From the IMG/VR virus record IMGVR_UViG_3300042465_007464, positions 1 to 64,000 of that record: a stretch of DNA of 64,000 bases. One strand, 5' to 3'. Positions 49,841-59,317 of the stretch are shown here, one piece after another. The translations under genes were made by a program, and so were the position numbers. Source of the DNA: a virus. Under the pieces are notes generated by a model. That model did not search any database. It was not told where the DNA came from and saw nothing but the letters and a program-made list of their open reading frames with translations. Each line of letters opens with the position of its first letter. Position 1 is the first letter of the stretch.

Positions 49841-51682
49841 TTACAAAATATTGTTTTCATCTAAAATAGTACCAGCGTCTTTATCAGATTCCGTTGGTAT
49901 TGCTGTTTTTAAAGATTCTGTTATTATGGATGCACCTTTATTTTTTATTTTTAAATGTTTCAATATGTTGTTATGTTCTACGGCAACTGTTGCGTTGTTT
50001 TTAAACTTCGGATCTGGCTGAAATGCTGTTTTTTGATTTTCTGGATTAAATGTTTGCTTAATAGTTTTAATACCCGTTGGATCCCATCCAAATTCATTTT
50101 GATGTTGTCCTGATTTAATTCCTTCTGGTGGACGGCCTCCTAAATCTTTTTCTTCAACGTCATCGCTGGACATGTGCATTGATGCTAAATCATGAGGTGT
50201 TCCAAATGAAACTCCCGTTATAGCAGGATCATTTCCTTCTTGTTCAATCTGATTTTGACGGAAACGAAGTTTAAGATCTTCAATAACATCAACACGTTCT
50301 TGAAGCCATTGTTCTTCGGACATATTGAATATAAACTCATAAATGTAACGATCTGAAACAAGTTTTAAATCTTTCATTGTATTTGCTAATTGAACTTTTT
50401 CATTCATTAAAGCAACTTTTTGTTGATCGTATATAATTGATGGTGCTGTTAATTCTAGTTCAAATCCAATTAAATCTTCGCCTTCAAATCCTTGTGAATA
50501 TAAATGCACTATTCCAATTTTAATAAGTTCCGATGTTACGATTTTTTGAATACGTTCGATAGTTCTGGCAAAACGAATATCCATGGATGCTAACGTAGTT
50601 TTACCTTCAACTGACTCGCTATATCCTAAAAATGGTTTAGGAATTTTAAGTGCAGCCATCATTTTATCTTTTACATATTCAATATCATCCATTCCGGTAA
50701 ATGTCATACCTGGTAATGTATCAATTGTAGTAGAAGACTGACCCCCGCGTACTGGCAAATAATAATCTTCTAACATGTTGTTAAGATTGAATCTCATGTT
50801 GTAATTTCCAGTTTGCGGATCGATGTGTGGAATTTTTTTCATTTTATTGATAATCTGTTCCATGAAATTATCAACTTCATTTGGTGGAATATTACCAATA
50901 TCAATTTTAAAGATTCGTTTTTCTGGTGCACGCATTATACGATGAATAAGCATTGCATCTTCTAACATCATTAATTTTTGAAATTCTTTACGTGCTCCTT
51001 CTAACATAGATCTACCGTACGGTAAAAAGTTTGAATCCGACAACATACGGAAATGTGCTATTTCAAACACATCATATGTCATTTGTTCTGACGCAATATT
51101 TTTAAATTTAATATCATATTCACCCGTCGCTTCATTATATTCTTCCCAACGTTCCATTTCATAACTAGAAAATGGACGTGCATTAACTACTCCGTAAGTG
51201 TCTGCGATATCTAATTTCAAAAAGAAATCACCGTATTTGGTCATGTTGCGTATCCACGTCCACAAATTGAATTCAATGTTCAATACATCATAAAACAAGT
51301 TATAAAGTATTTTTTGAATTTGCGTGTTATTAGTTTTGATTGTAAGTATATCTCCGAATTGATCTGCTAATGTAGATTCATCTGAATAAATATCTAAGGC
51401 AGAAGATATGATTGGATCTTTATCCATCATTTCGTAGTCAGCATATAACTGCATACGATTTTGGTGCATATAATAATTAGAATCATATCCACCCATACCA
51501 CCGACACGGTGTTTGTTTGCACCATGCAGTCGAGTATATCGATCTGCAATTTTACTTTGTGCTAAATTACCAGAACCTTGTAGACGATTTGTATCTACTA
51601 CACGTACCTGATCTTTCCCATATGCCCGAACAATTACGTTGGTGCTAAATAGGTTCTGTAAACGTTTTCTTAATGACGCCAT
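49841..51682 (-). CDS. Portal protein (gp20-like)
   Basis: YG.S.LE, L...EDAMLI.RI.RAPE.R.F.IDIGN, EDYYLP.RG, I.TLPG and ALKIP. Confidence 0.97.
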   Translation of the reverse strand: MASLRKRLQNLFSTNVIVRAYGKDQVRVVDTNRLQGSGNLAQSKIADRYTRLHGANKHRVGGMGGYDSNYYMHQNRMQLYADYEMMDKDPIISSALDIYSDESTLADQFGDILTIKTNNTQIQKILYNLFYDVLNIEFNLWTWIRNMTKYGDFFLKLDIADTYGVVNARPFSSYEMERWEEYNEATGEYDIKFKNIASEQMTYDVFEIAHFRMLSDSNFLPYGRSMLEGARKEFQKLMMLEDAMLIHRIMRAPEKRIFKIDIGNIPPNEVDNFMEQIINKMKKIPHIDPQTGNYNMRFNLNNMLEDYYLPVRGGQSSTTIDTLPGMTFTGMDDIEYVKDKMMAALKIPKPFLGYSESVEGKTTLASMDIRFARTIERIQKIVTSELIKIGIVHLYSQGFEGEDLIGFELELTAPSIIYDQQKVALMNEKVQLANTMKDLKLVSDRYIYEFIFNMSEEQWLQERVDVIEDLKLRFRQNQIEQEGNDPAITGVSFGTPHDLASMHMSSDDVEEKDLGGRPPEGIKSGQHQNEFGWDPTGIKTIKQTFNPENQKTAFQPDPKFKNNATVAVEHNNILKHLKIKNKGASIITESLKTAIPTESDKDAGTILDENNIL

Positions 51683-51724
51683 ATTTCTTTTTTAATATAA
51701 ATATAACTATGTTAAGATCAGTGG

Positions 51725-53305
51725 TTATTTTATCAACCAAGTTAATGATTCATCGCCTGACCCAGGATTCCAATTCCATCCATTGTCGCTGTTATTACGA
51801 TTGCCAGTATAAATAACTGGACTCGTTTTTTGAAAAGAAGATAGTGCACGTTTATTCAAATCAATACCTTGTTGACGTAATTTTAGTGCAGTATCGCGTA
51901 ACCATAATCCGATACAAAATGACATTACTAAGTCATCGTTATATCCTTGTTGTGCTTGTGCTTTACCATTAAGCCAAACAAACACTAGTAATTCTTGTAT
52001 TAAACGTCGGCTACGAATAAACGGAGTACGATCTCGCATATACATTTCAAGTGCCGATATCATTAATGGACGTGTACGTGTTGTGGTTGATACTCCCGGA
52101 ACCATTTGGCTCTTATCTTTCATATCATAACCTTTTTTCAATTGTACATCGGCATCTGTATATCCGTCATCTTTATATGTATAATGTAAGTTTTGATAGT
52201 TTCTATCAAGTGCCGGCTGAATTGCGGCCCAACCAATGTTTGCATTTTCAATAGCTAATAACGCATTGTTCCATTCCGTTGCAACCGTTACTAACATGTT
52301 TCCAAATTCATTGGGTGGAATCTTTCCTTTAAATTCTGCTACTTGTCGTACCGTTTCAACTTCTAAAACATGAAATGCAGACCAGTCACCACCATCACCC
52401 CGTGCGACGTCAGCTACTACCATGTAATCACGTGCATAGTCCGGATATTCCCAAATCCAATACGCTCCATCAAATCCACGCTTTTCAATTGGTTCTTCAC
52501 ATTTACCTTCATATTCTAAAAGCAAAGGACCATCTACTACAGTATGTCCCGATGATACGAAGTCACAGTCACATTCTTGTGCCGCACCGCGTTCGCCTAA
52601 TAACGATGTTTGTTCATTACGCCACGTTTGGTCGCGTTCTGGGTGCACATCCCAACGCAAACGAATTGTATGGAAACCGTTAATGTCCGCTTCCGCGTCT
52701 GCCCAAGTTTGGTGAAACCAGTTACCAACACCGTTCGGCGTAGATAATACAATAGCACCACCACCCGTTGATAGGGTTGCTTGCGACGCTATCCATATTT
52801 CTTCAATGTTTCGAATAAATGCAGCCTCATCAATGATTAGCAGAGACAACGCTTCTGAACGTGCTCCTGTGGTTGCTGATGAAACGGCTTTGATTTGCGA
52901 ACCATTTTTAAATTTAAGTGATAATTTGTTATCAGCTTCAACCGTACCTTTCAACCAACTTGGCAAGTTATCGTGCATCACCCGTACTTTCGTTACTAGG
53001 TTTTTTGCTACTTCTTGTGTGGTTGCAATAACTAACACGTTGAAATCTTCTTTGAACAACATGCACCAAAGTGCAAAGCCGGCAGATAGAGTTGATATAC
53101 CTAACTGCCGAGACTTTAATATTACATTGTATCGATTATCGCGAAGCTGTGTTAATGAATCTTCTTGGAATGGAAACAAATTAAATTTGATCTTACCACG
53201 TTTAGGATGTTGTATGTAACAATAATTACGCATAAAAAATACAGGATCTTTAGCACATTGCATGTACTGTTGTTGTATTATCTGCTTAATATTTTGTTGT
53301 GCCAT
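51725..53305 (-). CDS. Terminase large subunit (gp17-like)
   Basis: KSRQLGIST, IIDEAAF, STPNG, DVARG, E.A..G and NDDLVM. Confidence 0.97.
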   Translation of the reverse strand: MAQQNIKQIIQQQYMQCAKDPVFFMRNYCYIQHPKRGKIKFNLFPFQEDSLTQLRDNRYNVILKSRQLGISTLSAGFALWCMLFKEDFNVLVIATTQEVAKNLVTKVRVMHDNLPSWLKGTVEADNKLSLKFKNGSQIKAVSSATTGARSEALSLLIIDEAAFIRNIEEIWIASQATLSTGGGAIVLSTPNGVGNWFHQTWADAEADINGFHTIRLRWDVHPERDQTWRNEQTSLLGERGAAQECDCDFVSSGHTVVDGPLLLEYEGKCEEPIEKRGFDGAYWIWEYPDYARDYMVVADVARGDGGDWSAFHVLEVETVRQVAEFKGKIPPNEFGNMLVTVATEWNNALLAIENANIGWAAIQPALDRNYQNLHYTYKDDGYTDADVQLKKGYDMKDKSQMVPGVSTTTRTRPLMISALEMYMRDRTPFIRSRRLIQELLVFVWLNGKAQAQQGYNDDLVMSFCIGLWLRDTALKLRQQGIDLNKRALSSFQKTSPVIYTGNRNNSDNGWNWNPGSGDESLTWLIK

Positions 53306-53307
53306 AC

Positions 53308-53682
53308 TTACTTTACAATTGTTGCAACAAATTTACCTGTTACTACTGCAGTAATGATACCTCCAGTAAACCAAATCATTTTATTGTCATACCAACGTGG
53401 TTTAAGATATTTTTCACGTTCGATGTACAATTCAACGTTTTCTTTTAACAGTTCAATTTGTTTTGATTTATATGCTAACTGCACTGAATCAATTTGTATT
53501 AGTTGTTTTTGAGATTCAATAACTCGTTCATGTTGATATATAATTTCATTGTTCAAAGAATCTAACGCGTATAACGAATCTAAGGTAAATGAAATATCAA
53601 CAATTTCTTCTTGAGTAAAACAAGTGTCAACTTGTCCGTAACTAAAAAATGGAAATAACAATATGATAAATAAACGTTTCAT
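53308..53682 (-). CDS. Signal-peptide, coiled-coil, C-terminal TM protein (possible spanin-like)
   Basis: MKRLFIILLFPFFSYG|Q signal peptide and a C-terminal hydrophobic helix. Confidence 0.5.
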   Translation of the reverse strand: MKRLFIILLFPFFSYGQVDTCFTQEEIVDISFTLDSLYALDSLNNEIIYQHERVIESQKQLIQIDSVQLAYKSKQIELLKENVELYIEREKYLKPRWYDNKMIWFTGGIITAVVTGKFVATIVK

Positions 53683-53684
53683 GA

Positions 53685-54041
53685 TTATTTTTTAGTTTTA
53701 GTATTTTTGTTATTTGGTTTACGACCTTTTTTAGTTTTGTTCAAAATATTTGCTTTCGCATCTACAACATCACGAACTTCAACTACTAAATTGTCTTTTG
53801 CTTCTTTAAGATCTTGTACTGCAGTTACTGCATCCGTAATTTGATCGTTAATTGCTTCTCGTTTTTGTTCCATAACTTCAACAGCTTCTTCAATTTTATC
53901 AATTGTGTCGTTGTTGTTTTTGATTTTATCGTTTAATTCTGATTGTTTTTTACTTTTGTTAGAATTAACTAGGTATAAAACTCCAGCAATTGCCGCAAAT
54001 ATACCTACTACTGCTGCTACGATTTTCTTAATTATTTTCAT
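53685..54041 (-). CDS. N-terminal TM plus coiled-coil protein (possible i-spanin-like)
   Basis: IVAAVVGIFAAIAGVLYLV followed by heptad repeats. Confidence 0.5.
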   Translation of the reverse strand: MKIIKKIVAAVVGIFAAIAGVLYLVNSNKSKKQSELNDKIKNNNDTIDKIEEAVEVMEQKREAINDQITDAVTAVQDLKEAKDNLVVEVRDVVDAKANILNKTKKGRKPNNKNTKTKK

Positions 54042-54675
54042 CTGTTTCCTTGTCTAAATTGTTTAAAAAATCTTGTTTAAATTTATCAAATTGTTTTTGT
54101 ATTGTTTCATCAAATTCTTCAGCAGTCATTCGAGCCGTCCATGCTTCTTGTTGACCTTCTGAATTAGTTACGAAATTTGATGCTTCGGTATATACTTGTT
54201 TTAACATTGCTACATCGCGTTCTGCAGCTGCTAACCAAGCAAGTTTATTTTCACGAATCTTAGATTGTTCGTATTCTTCAAATTTACCTTCTTTTTTCAA
54301 TTCATGTTCCATTTCAATTGTGCAATCAAAACACATTCCATGAATCTTACGCATTTTTTGGTCCAACTGATGCGTTCCAATGCAAGTGCATGTTTCTTTG
54401 CGACAATTTGGAAATGCGCGAATTTCTTCTCGTATAGATTGAAGTGCGTCGCTGGCTTTGGTTTTCTTAACTCGAAATCCATCACGTTGTTCATAAATGT
54501 AAGTGATGCCGGTACTAGAATCCGTCTCTTCCCATGTGTCACCTACTTCATGCCGTTCGTTGCGTTTTGCAACTTGTTCTGCATCAGAGAACCCAACTGT
54601 TTTTTTAGTTTGGAACTTGTGTGTGCCATCCAACATTTGTTGAATCGCTTTGGTGTTTTGTAACTTTTTTGACAT
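54028..54675 (-). CDS. Hypothetical Zn-finger protein
   Basis: GDTWEE, CxxxxCxC and CFDC. Confidence 0.7.
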   Translation of the reverse strand: MSKKLQNTKAIQQMLDGTHKFQTKKTVGFSDAEQVAKRNERHEVGDTWEETDSSTGITYIYEQRDGFRVKKTKASDALQSIREEIRAFPNCRKETCTCIGTHQLDQKMRKIHGMCFDCTIEMEHELKKEGKFEEYEQSKIRENKLAWLAAAERDVAMLKQVYTEASNFVTNSEGQQEAWTARMTAEEFDETIQKQFDKFKQDFLNNLDKETDENN

Positions 54676-54691
54676 ATAACTTATTTATTAA

Positions 54692-55462
54692 TTATTCAAC
54701 TTCATTGCTTACATTTGCTAATGCAGCCAAGTTTTGAATTATTTTTTTACGTAATAATACATAAAACGTTTTCGCATCTTTTGGATCTACTTCTTTAGTT
54801 AATTTATCAGCTACATTCATTAATGCAGTAACTTGTTTAACCGTTCCGTCAGATTTTAAACTATCAATGAATTTTTGAGTATTGATTGCTTCTTGTTCTG
54901 CAGGTTCTATTTCAGGTGCTGGAGCTGGAGCAGCTGGTGCTTCTGGTGCAGGTGCGGCAGTTGCATCTGGAGCAGGAGCTGCCATTGGATCCGCAGGAAC
55001 TTCTTCTGCCGACGGTTCTTCAATTGGCTCTTCTGCAGGTACGGCTTGTTCTGCTAACACACGTGCAATTTTTCTACGTACATATTCACGTATCACTCGT
55101 TCTTTTTGTTCACGAGTTAGATTTTCAATTTTATCTTTCAATACGTCTTCAACGCTTTTTTCTTCATCGTCTTGACGTTTCTTAAGACGTTTTGCTGCAG
55201 TTTTAGGATCGTAATCTGCATCTTCTAAATCTTTGTATAAACGATCGTCTGCTTCATATTTCGGAATCATTTTTCCGTCATCTTGCATCTCTTTGTCAGT
55301 TTTACGAAGAACGTTAAGTTGTTTGTCTTTTGTAGAATTCGGATTCATTCCTCCATCTTTATCATCTGTAGTATAATCTTTAATGTCTTTGCGAGGTTTT
55401 GGTTTTTGTGATTTTTCCAAATCCTTTGGTGCTTTGTATTTGCTTTTGTGTTTGTCAGCCAT
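54692..55462 (-). CDS. Hypothetical late protein with Pro/Ala linker
   Basis: Late motif at 55483-55491; IRE...VLAE followed by an APAP linker. Confidence 0.7.
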   Translation of the reverse strand: MADKHKSKYKAPKDLEKSQKPKPRKDIKDYTTDDKDGGMNPNSTKDKQLNVLRKTDKEMQDDGKMIPKYEADDRLYKDLEDADYDPKTAAKRLKKRQDDEEKSVEDVLKDKIENLTREQKERVIREYVRRKIARVLAEQAVPAEEPIEEPSAEEVPADPMAAPAPDATAAPAPEAPAAPAPAPEIEPAEQEAINTQKFIDSLKSDGTVKQVTALMNVADKLTKEVDPKDAKTFYVLLRKKIIQNLAALANVSNEVE

Positions 55463-55494
55463 TGATAAAATCCTATATTTTATATAAATATCAG

Positions 55495-56076
55495 TTAAAC
55501 AGATTTAACCGATTTTTTATTTAATAACGCTTTTGAAATATTTTCAGAATGTTTTGCAGTTCGCGGTGGTTTCTTTTTATTTTTAAGTGACTTACTAATA
55601 TTAAGTTTATGTTCATCACTCATTGGCCCACGACTTAAACCAGATTTACCTTTATTCCATGGAATGCGCCCCTTTCCAGCTTTAGAAATTTTTTCTCGAG
55701 TTTCTATAGAATATTTAACGGTTTTTCCTTTATTTTGTTTACCTAATTGTTGTACAATCATTTGTTGCAGTTGTTTACAACGACTATATTCTTTCGAACT
55801 AATGATATAATTTCGTTCATGTTTTGAACTTTGATGATTCATCATTCTCCATAGTGCATAATGCAATTTTGTTTCGTTAAGATAAATTTCACAAAGAAGT
55901 TTATGTGCTATGAAATGTTCTCGAGCTGTAAGTAATACTAAATTAGTTTTATTATTTCGTCCATTTAAACATTTAGGAACGATATGATGTCGTTCGAAAT
56001 ATATGCCGCGACCTTTTTTACGATTCTCAGATTGACATCGCGCTATTAATTGTTCGTATATTTTTTTATAATTCAT
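55495..56076 (-). mobile_element. Free-standing HNH homing endonuclease with NUMOD3-type repeats
   Basis: ERHHIVPKC..G.N...NLV.LTAREH..AH.LL and S.ET..KIS....G..PWNKG. Confidence 0.9.
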
Positions 56077-56083
56077 TACTAAA

Positions 56084-59000
56084 TCATCGTGCGTACTTTA
56101 ATACTCCTAGTAACTGATTTACTGGCGCAAAAGCACCTGTCATTTTATATGTATGCCCCTTGTACACAAATACTATGCCTTCTGCTGGTATTATGGCATC
56201 AAATCCTCCAAGCCGTTGTATACGGCGTAATTCCAATTCCAATTTAGATATTGTAGCAGGATTACCTGTTGCTTGTAAATCTTTGATAAGTTCTGCCAAT
56301 TCCGTTTTAATTTGCTGAACTGTTTTATCTGGATTTGCGGCAAGGAAGTTTTCTGCATTTTTCATTACAACTACACCTAATCTTAAAAATATAGATTCAA
56401 ACGGTTCTAAGTTTTGTTTGCGATACGCTTTGAAATCTTTTTTATCGAATTCAGTTACCCATGCGGCAAATTCCGGACTTGCAATTTGTTTTTTAAGCAT
56501 GGCAATATTAGTTGATTTATCATCAAATGACCAACGCAATACGAGTGCATTTAAAACATCTTCTGGAATTTGATATCCCAATTCTTGTGCTTTACTTGCA
56601 ATAACATCGCGCCACCATGCTTTATGATATTCGCGAATCATGTCCTGATCTTTTAATCCGTAACGTTTTTCTAGTTGTTCTATTTCTGCAAAAAATGCTG
56701 CTTGTTGATCTTCGAAATCCACAGCACGTCCCATTTTGATGCGTTGCGGTGGAATAAATGAAAATGTATTTTGCATATGTGCATTTGCATCTTGTATGAT
56801 TCGTTGCATCATTGCGCCCCCACCTAAATCCGTTTCTACAGTATTACCGGCTTCATCATATTCTACTAAATTGTGAAATTGAAGATGTGCTTTGTCATAT
56901 GATATTACGTTTCGAGTTGCTGGATATATTATTTCCATGTTAGCAAATACTCTACCATTTTTGAATATTTGTGCTAATCGTTCTGCAGGTATTTGACGCA
57001 TTGCTTCCGTTAAATCTTCTGCACACGCACGATATGCATCTACGACACGTTGATAATTTGCTCCAGCATCTGCACCATTCTTTTGTGTAGTCTCTTGTTG
57101 TTTGCGTTCAAAATCTGCAATCAATTGATCTGGAGTCATTGGATTAATGATAGTGCCTTTGTTTCTGGCAAATCCTGGCTGTCCATCTTTCCAAGTAACT
57201 TGAATGTTTTGTCCATCAGTTTTTTCAGAAACGGCTTCTTCCATGTCTAATCGACCCGACAATGCACGTGCTACGATTTCTTTCATATCACCAAATGTCA
57301 GTCCGTGATCATCCCATGGATGTGCCATATGCCCTGCTGCGCCTCCGCAAACTAATAATTGTTTAGTTTCGTGTTCAAAAATCATTTCTTGCAATTCGAT
57401 AAAAGAAATAGATGATTTTATATTTTTTGTTTCATTGATTATACTAGGCAATATTTCTAAATTACAGAAATGTGCAATAATATTTGGATCAACATTATTA
57501 ACAAATCCATCGAATATTGAATATTTATGATCTAAATGAAATTTTTTACTTCGTTTCTCTATATCTTTTATTTGATCTTTATATTGTTTTATAGTACGTT
57601 CTGATAGTTTTCTTACTTCATCGCGATATCTAATATATTCTGGTTTTTTATTTGGATCTAAATATCTACCAGATGCATATGCTCGAGTTCGAATTTCTTC
57701 TAATTGTTTTTTCGCGCGTACGATGTTGTGTGGTAATGCTGCAGCATTTGTTACGTTATATTTTTCAAGTAATGTTTTACGTTGTTTTTCAATATTATTG
57801 AAATTCGAATCTCCATACTTATTAAGTTTTGTTTGTTTTATTTTATCTACTAATTGTATATCATTCATTGGATTATTTTCAGATAAGCTTATTCGTAATG
57901 AATCTGAAATAGTTTTTGAATCCGGGAATTGTTTTTTATATTCATTAATTGTAGTTTGATGTTTGAACTTTAAATGATTAGGGGTAATTTGTTTCATAGA
58001 AATGCCACATAATTCACATTTTACGCCTCCTTCTGTTAAAAGTTGTCCTTTGCCCATTGCCGATTCGATACGACTGATACGATAAATAACATCATCTGGA
58101 TCGTTAGATTGCCAGTCTCGACTTTGTGATTTGATAGTACGTGGAATTAATTTAATTTTTCCTTGTTGTCTGTCAAATTCTAATTGGAATGGCATATGTA
58201 TCGGAACATCAAATTTATAATCAGATTCTACACCAGTTAGTTGTTTATTTATAAATTGATCTCTAATTTCTTCACCATATCTATCTGCTAAGTCTTGAAA
58301 TAATAGTTCTAAATCATCCAAACTAATCGGGTCTTCATTTCTAGGATTATTTAATTGATCAATAAAATGCGTAGTTTCGCCTTGAAAATCAACATCGATG
58401 CCATAATCATGAAAGAAACGATCTATGATGGGTTCAATTTCTCGAAGATCCTTGCGCGTAATGTAATCTTCTTTTTCATTGATAATACTTTCAACTAATT
58501 TAGCACCAACCACTGTCTTTGCAAATTTATCAAAATCATATACAAATGATTCGCCGCGATGTTTATCTAAAAATGCACGAAGATGTTTTATTTTTGCGGC
58601 GTGACGTGCCTTCTCTTTTGGAAACATCATGGATTCAACAACATCTTCAACATCTTCTTGCAATTGCGTTTTCCACCACGCTGTTGAAAAAAGTGCAGCT
58701 TCTTGAACTCCGGTTAATATCTGCCAAGCATTTTTTACCGTAGCTTCATCTTGTTCCGGATATGCGTAACGAAATTCGTCATAATTTCTAGTTTGCAATG
58801 CTTGACGAACGTTGGTTGCTGATATCGGTTCTCCCGTTTCATATGTTAATGGCTCAACATCAATCGGCAGTAATGTTGCATCAATACCCGACGGAATTTG
58901 TCGTCCTTTTTTATCTCCAATTGTAGCATATTTGTCTACATTAGGAACGAAATCCATTGCACGAACATAATCATCTCCTTTTTTAGATGCAGCCATTGCA

Positions 59001-59281
59001 TATCGTCCTGTTGCATCTTGCGGCAATGCAAATAAGTATTCATATGCGGCCATGATAGGCGAATTGAATTCGGTAGGTTGCATTTCAATTTTTGGATCTG
59101 AATTCATCAGGTTGAACATTTGCATACTCATTTCGCGAGTAATTCCGTCTCGTTCTTTTGGCCCAATCAACATGATAACACGTCCAACTTGTGGATCTTG
59201 TGCGTAGCGTTGTGCTAATGCTAAATGTGCTCCTGTTAATGGTTTGAATCCTCCCGGGAAAAGTACTGTTATTTTATCCAT
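56084..59281 (-). CDS. Multidomain late protein: HIGH-type nucleotidyltransferase, spacer domain, inserted HNH, ATP-dependent ligase-fold domain
   Basis: PGGFKPLTGAH and ISATNVR at the N-terminus; EKTDG...NMEII...EGIVF...YK at the C-terminus; late motif at 59297-59305. Confidence 0.75.
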   Translation of the reverse strand: MDKITVLFPGGFKPLTGAHLALAQRYAQDPQVGRVIMLIGPKERDGITREMSMQMFNLMNSDPKIEMQPTEFNSPIMAAYEYLFALPQDATGRYAMAASKKGDDYVRAMDFVPNVDKYATIGDKKGRQIPSGIDATLLPIDVEPLTYETGEPISATNVRQALQTRNYDEFRYAYPEQDEATVKNAWQILTGVQEAALFSTAWWKTQLQEDVEDVVESMMFPKEKARHAAKIKHLRAFLDKHRGESFVYDFDKFAKTVVGAKLVESIINEKEDYITRKDLREIEPIIDRFFHDYGIDVDFQGETTHFIDQLNNPRNEDPISLDDLELLFQDLADRYGEEIRDQFINKQLTGVESDYKFDVPIHMPFQLEFDRQQGKIKLIPRTIKSQSRDWQSNDPDDVIYRISRIESAMGKGQLLTEGGVKCELCGISMKQITPNHLKFKHQTTINEYKKQFPDSKTISDSLRISLSENNPMNDIQLVDKIKQTKLNKYGDSNFNNIEKQRKTLLEKYNVTNAAALPHNIVRAKKQLEEIRTRAYASGRYLDPNKKPEYIRYRDEVRKLSERTIKQYKDQIKDIEKRSKKFHLDHKYSIFDGFVNNVDPNIIAHFCNLEILPSIINETKNIKSSISFIELQEMIFEHETKQLLVCGGAAGHMAHPWDDHGLTFGDMKEIVARALSGRLDMEEAVSEKTDGQNIQVTWKDGQPGFARNKGTIINPMTPDQLIADFERKQQETTQKNGADAGANYQRVVDAYRACAEDLTEAMRQIPAERLAQIFKNGRVFANMEIIYPATRNVISYDKAHLQFHNLVEYDEAGNTVETDLGGGAMMQRIIQDANAHMQNTFSFIPPQRIKMGRAVDFEDQQAAFFAEIEQLEKRYGLKDQDMIREYHKAWWRDVIASKAQELGYQIPEDVLNALVLRWSFDDKSTNIAMLKKQIASPEFAAWVTEFDKKDFKAYRKQNLEPFESIFLRLGVVVMKNAENFLAANPDKTVQQIKTELAELIKDLQATGNPATISKLELELRRIQRLGGFDAIIPAEGIVFVYKGHTYKMTGAFAPVNQLLGVLKYAR
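57340..58030 (-). mobile_element. 684-nt in-frame insertion encoding a Zn-finger/HNH endonuclease, bounded by GGAGGCG direct repeats
   Basis: CELC...H....H finger, KQTKLNKYG repeats and HLDHKYS...NL.....N; repeats at 57340-57346 and 58024-58030. Confidence 0.75.
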
Positions 59282-59317
59282 TACATTTTCTTTTTATATA
59301 AATATATTATTTTCATA

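Noticed and set aside
57340-58030. Intein, group I intron or T4 gene 60-type ribosomal bypass
   Set aside because: No N-terminal Cys/Ser block or terminal His-Asn; the insert is fully coding with no visible P-element core; matching GGA codons exist but no in-frame stop follows the take-off codon.
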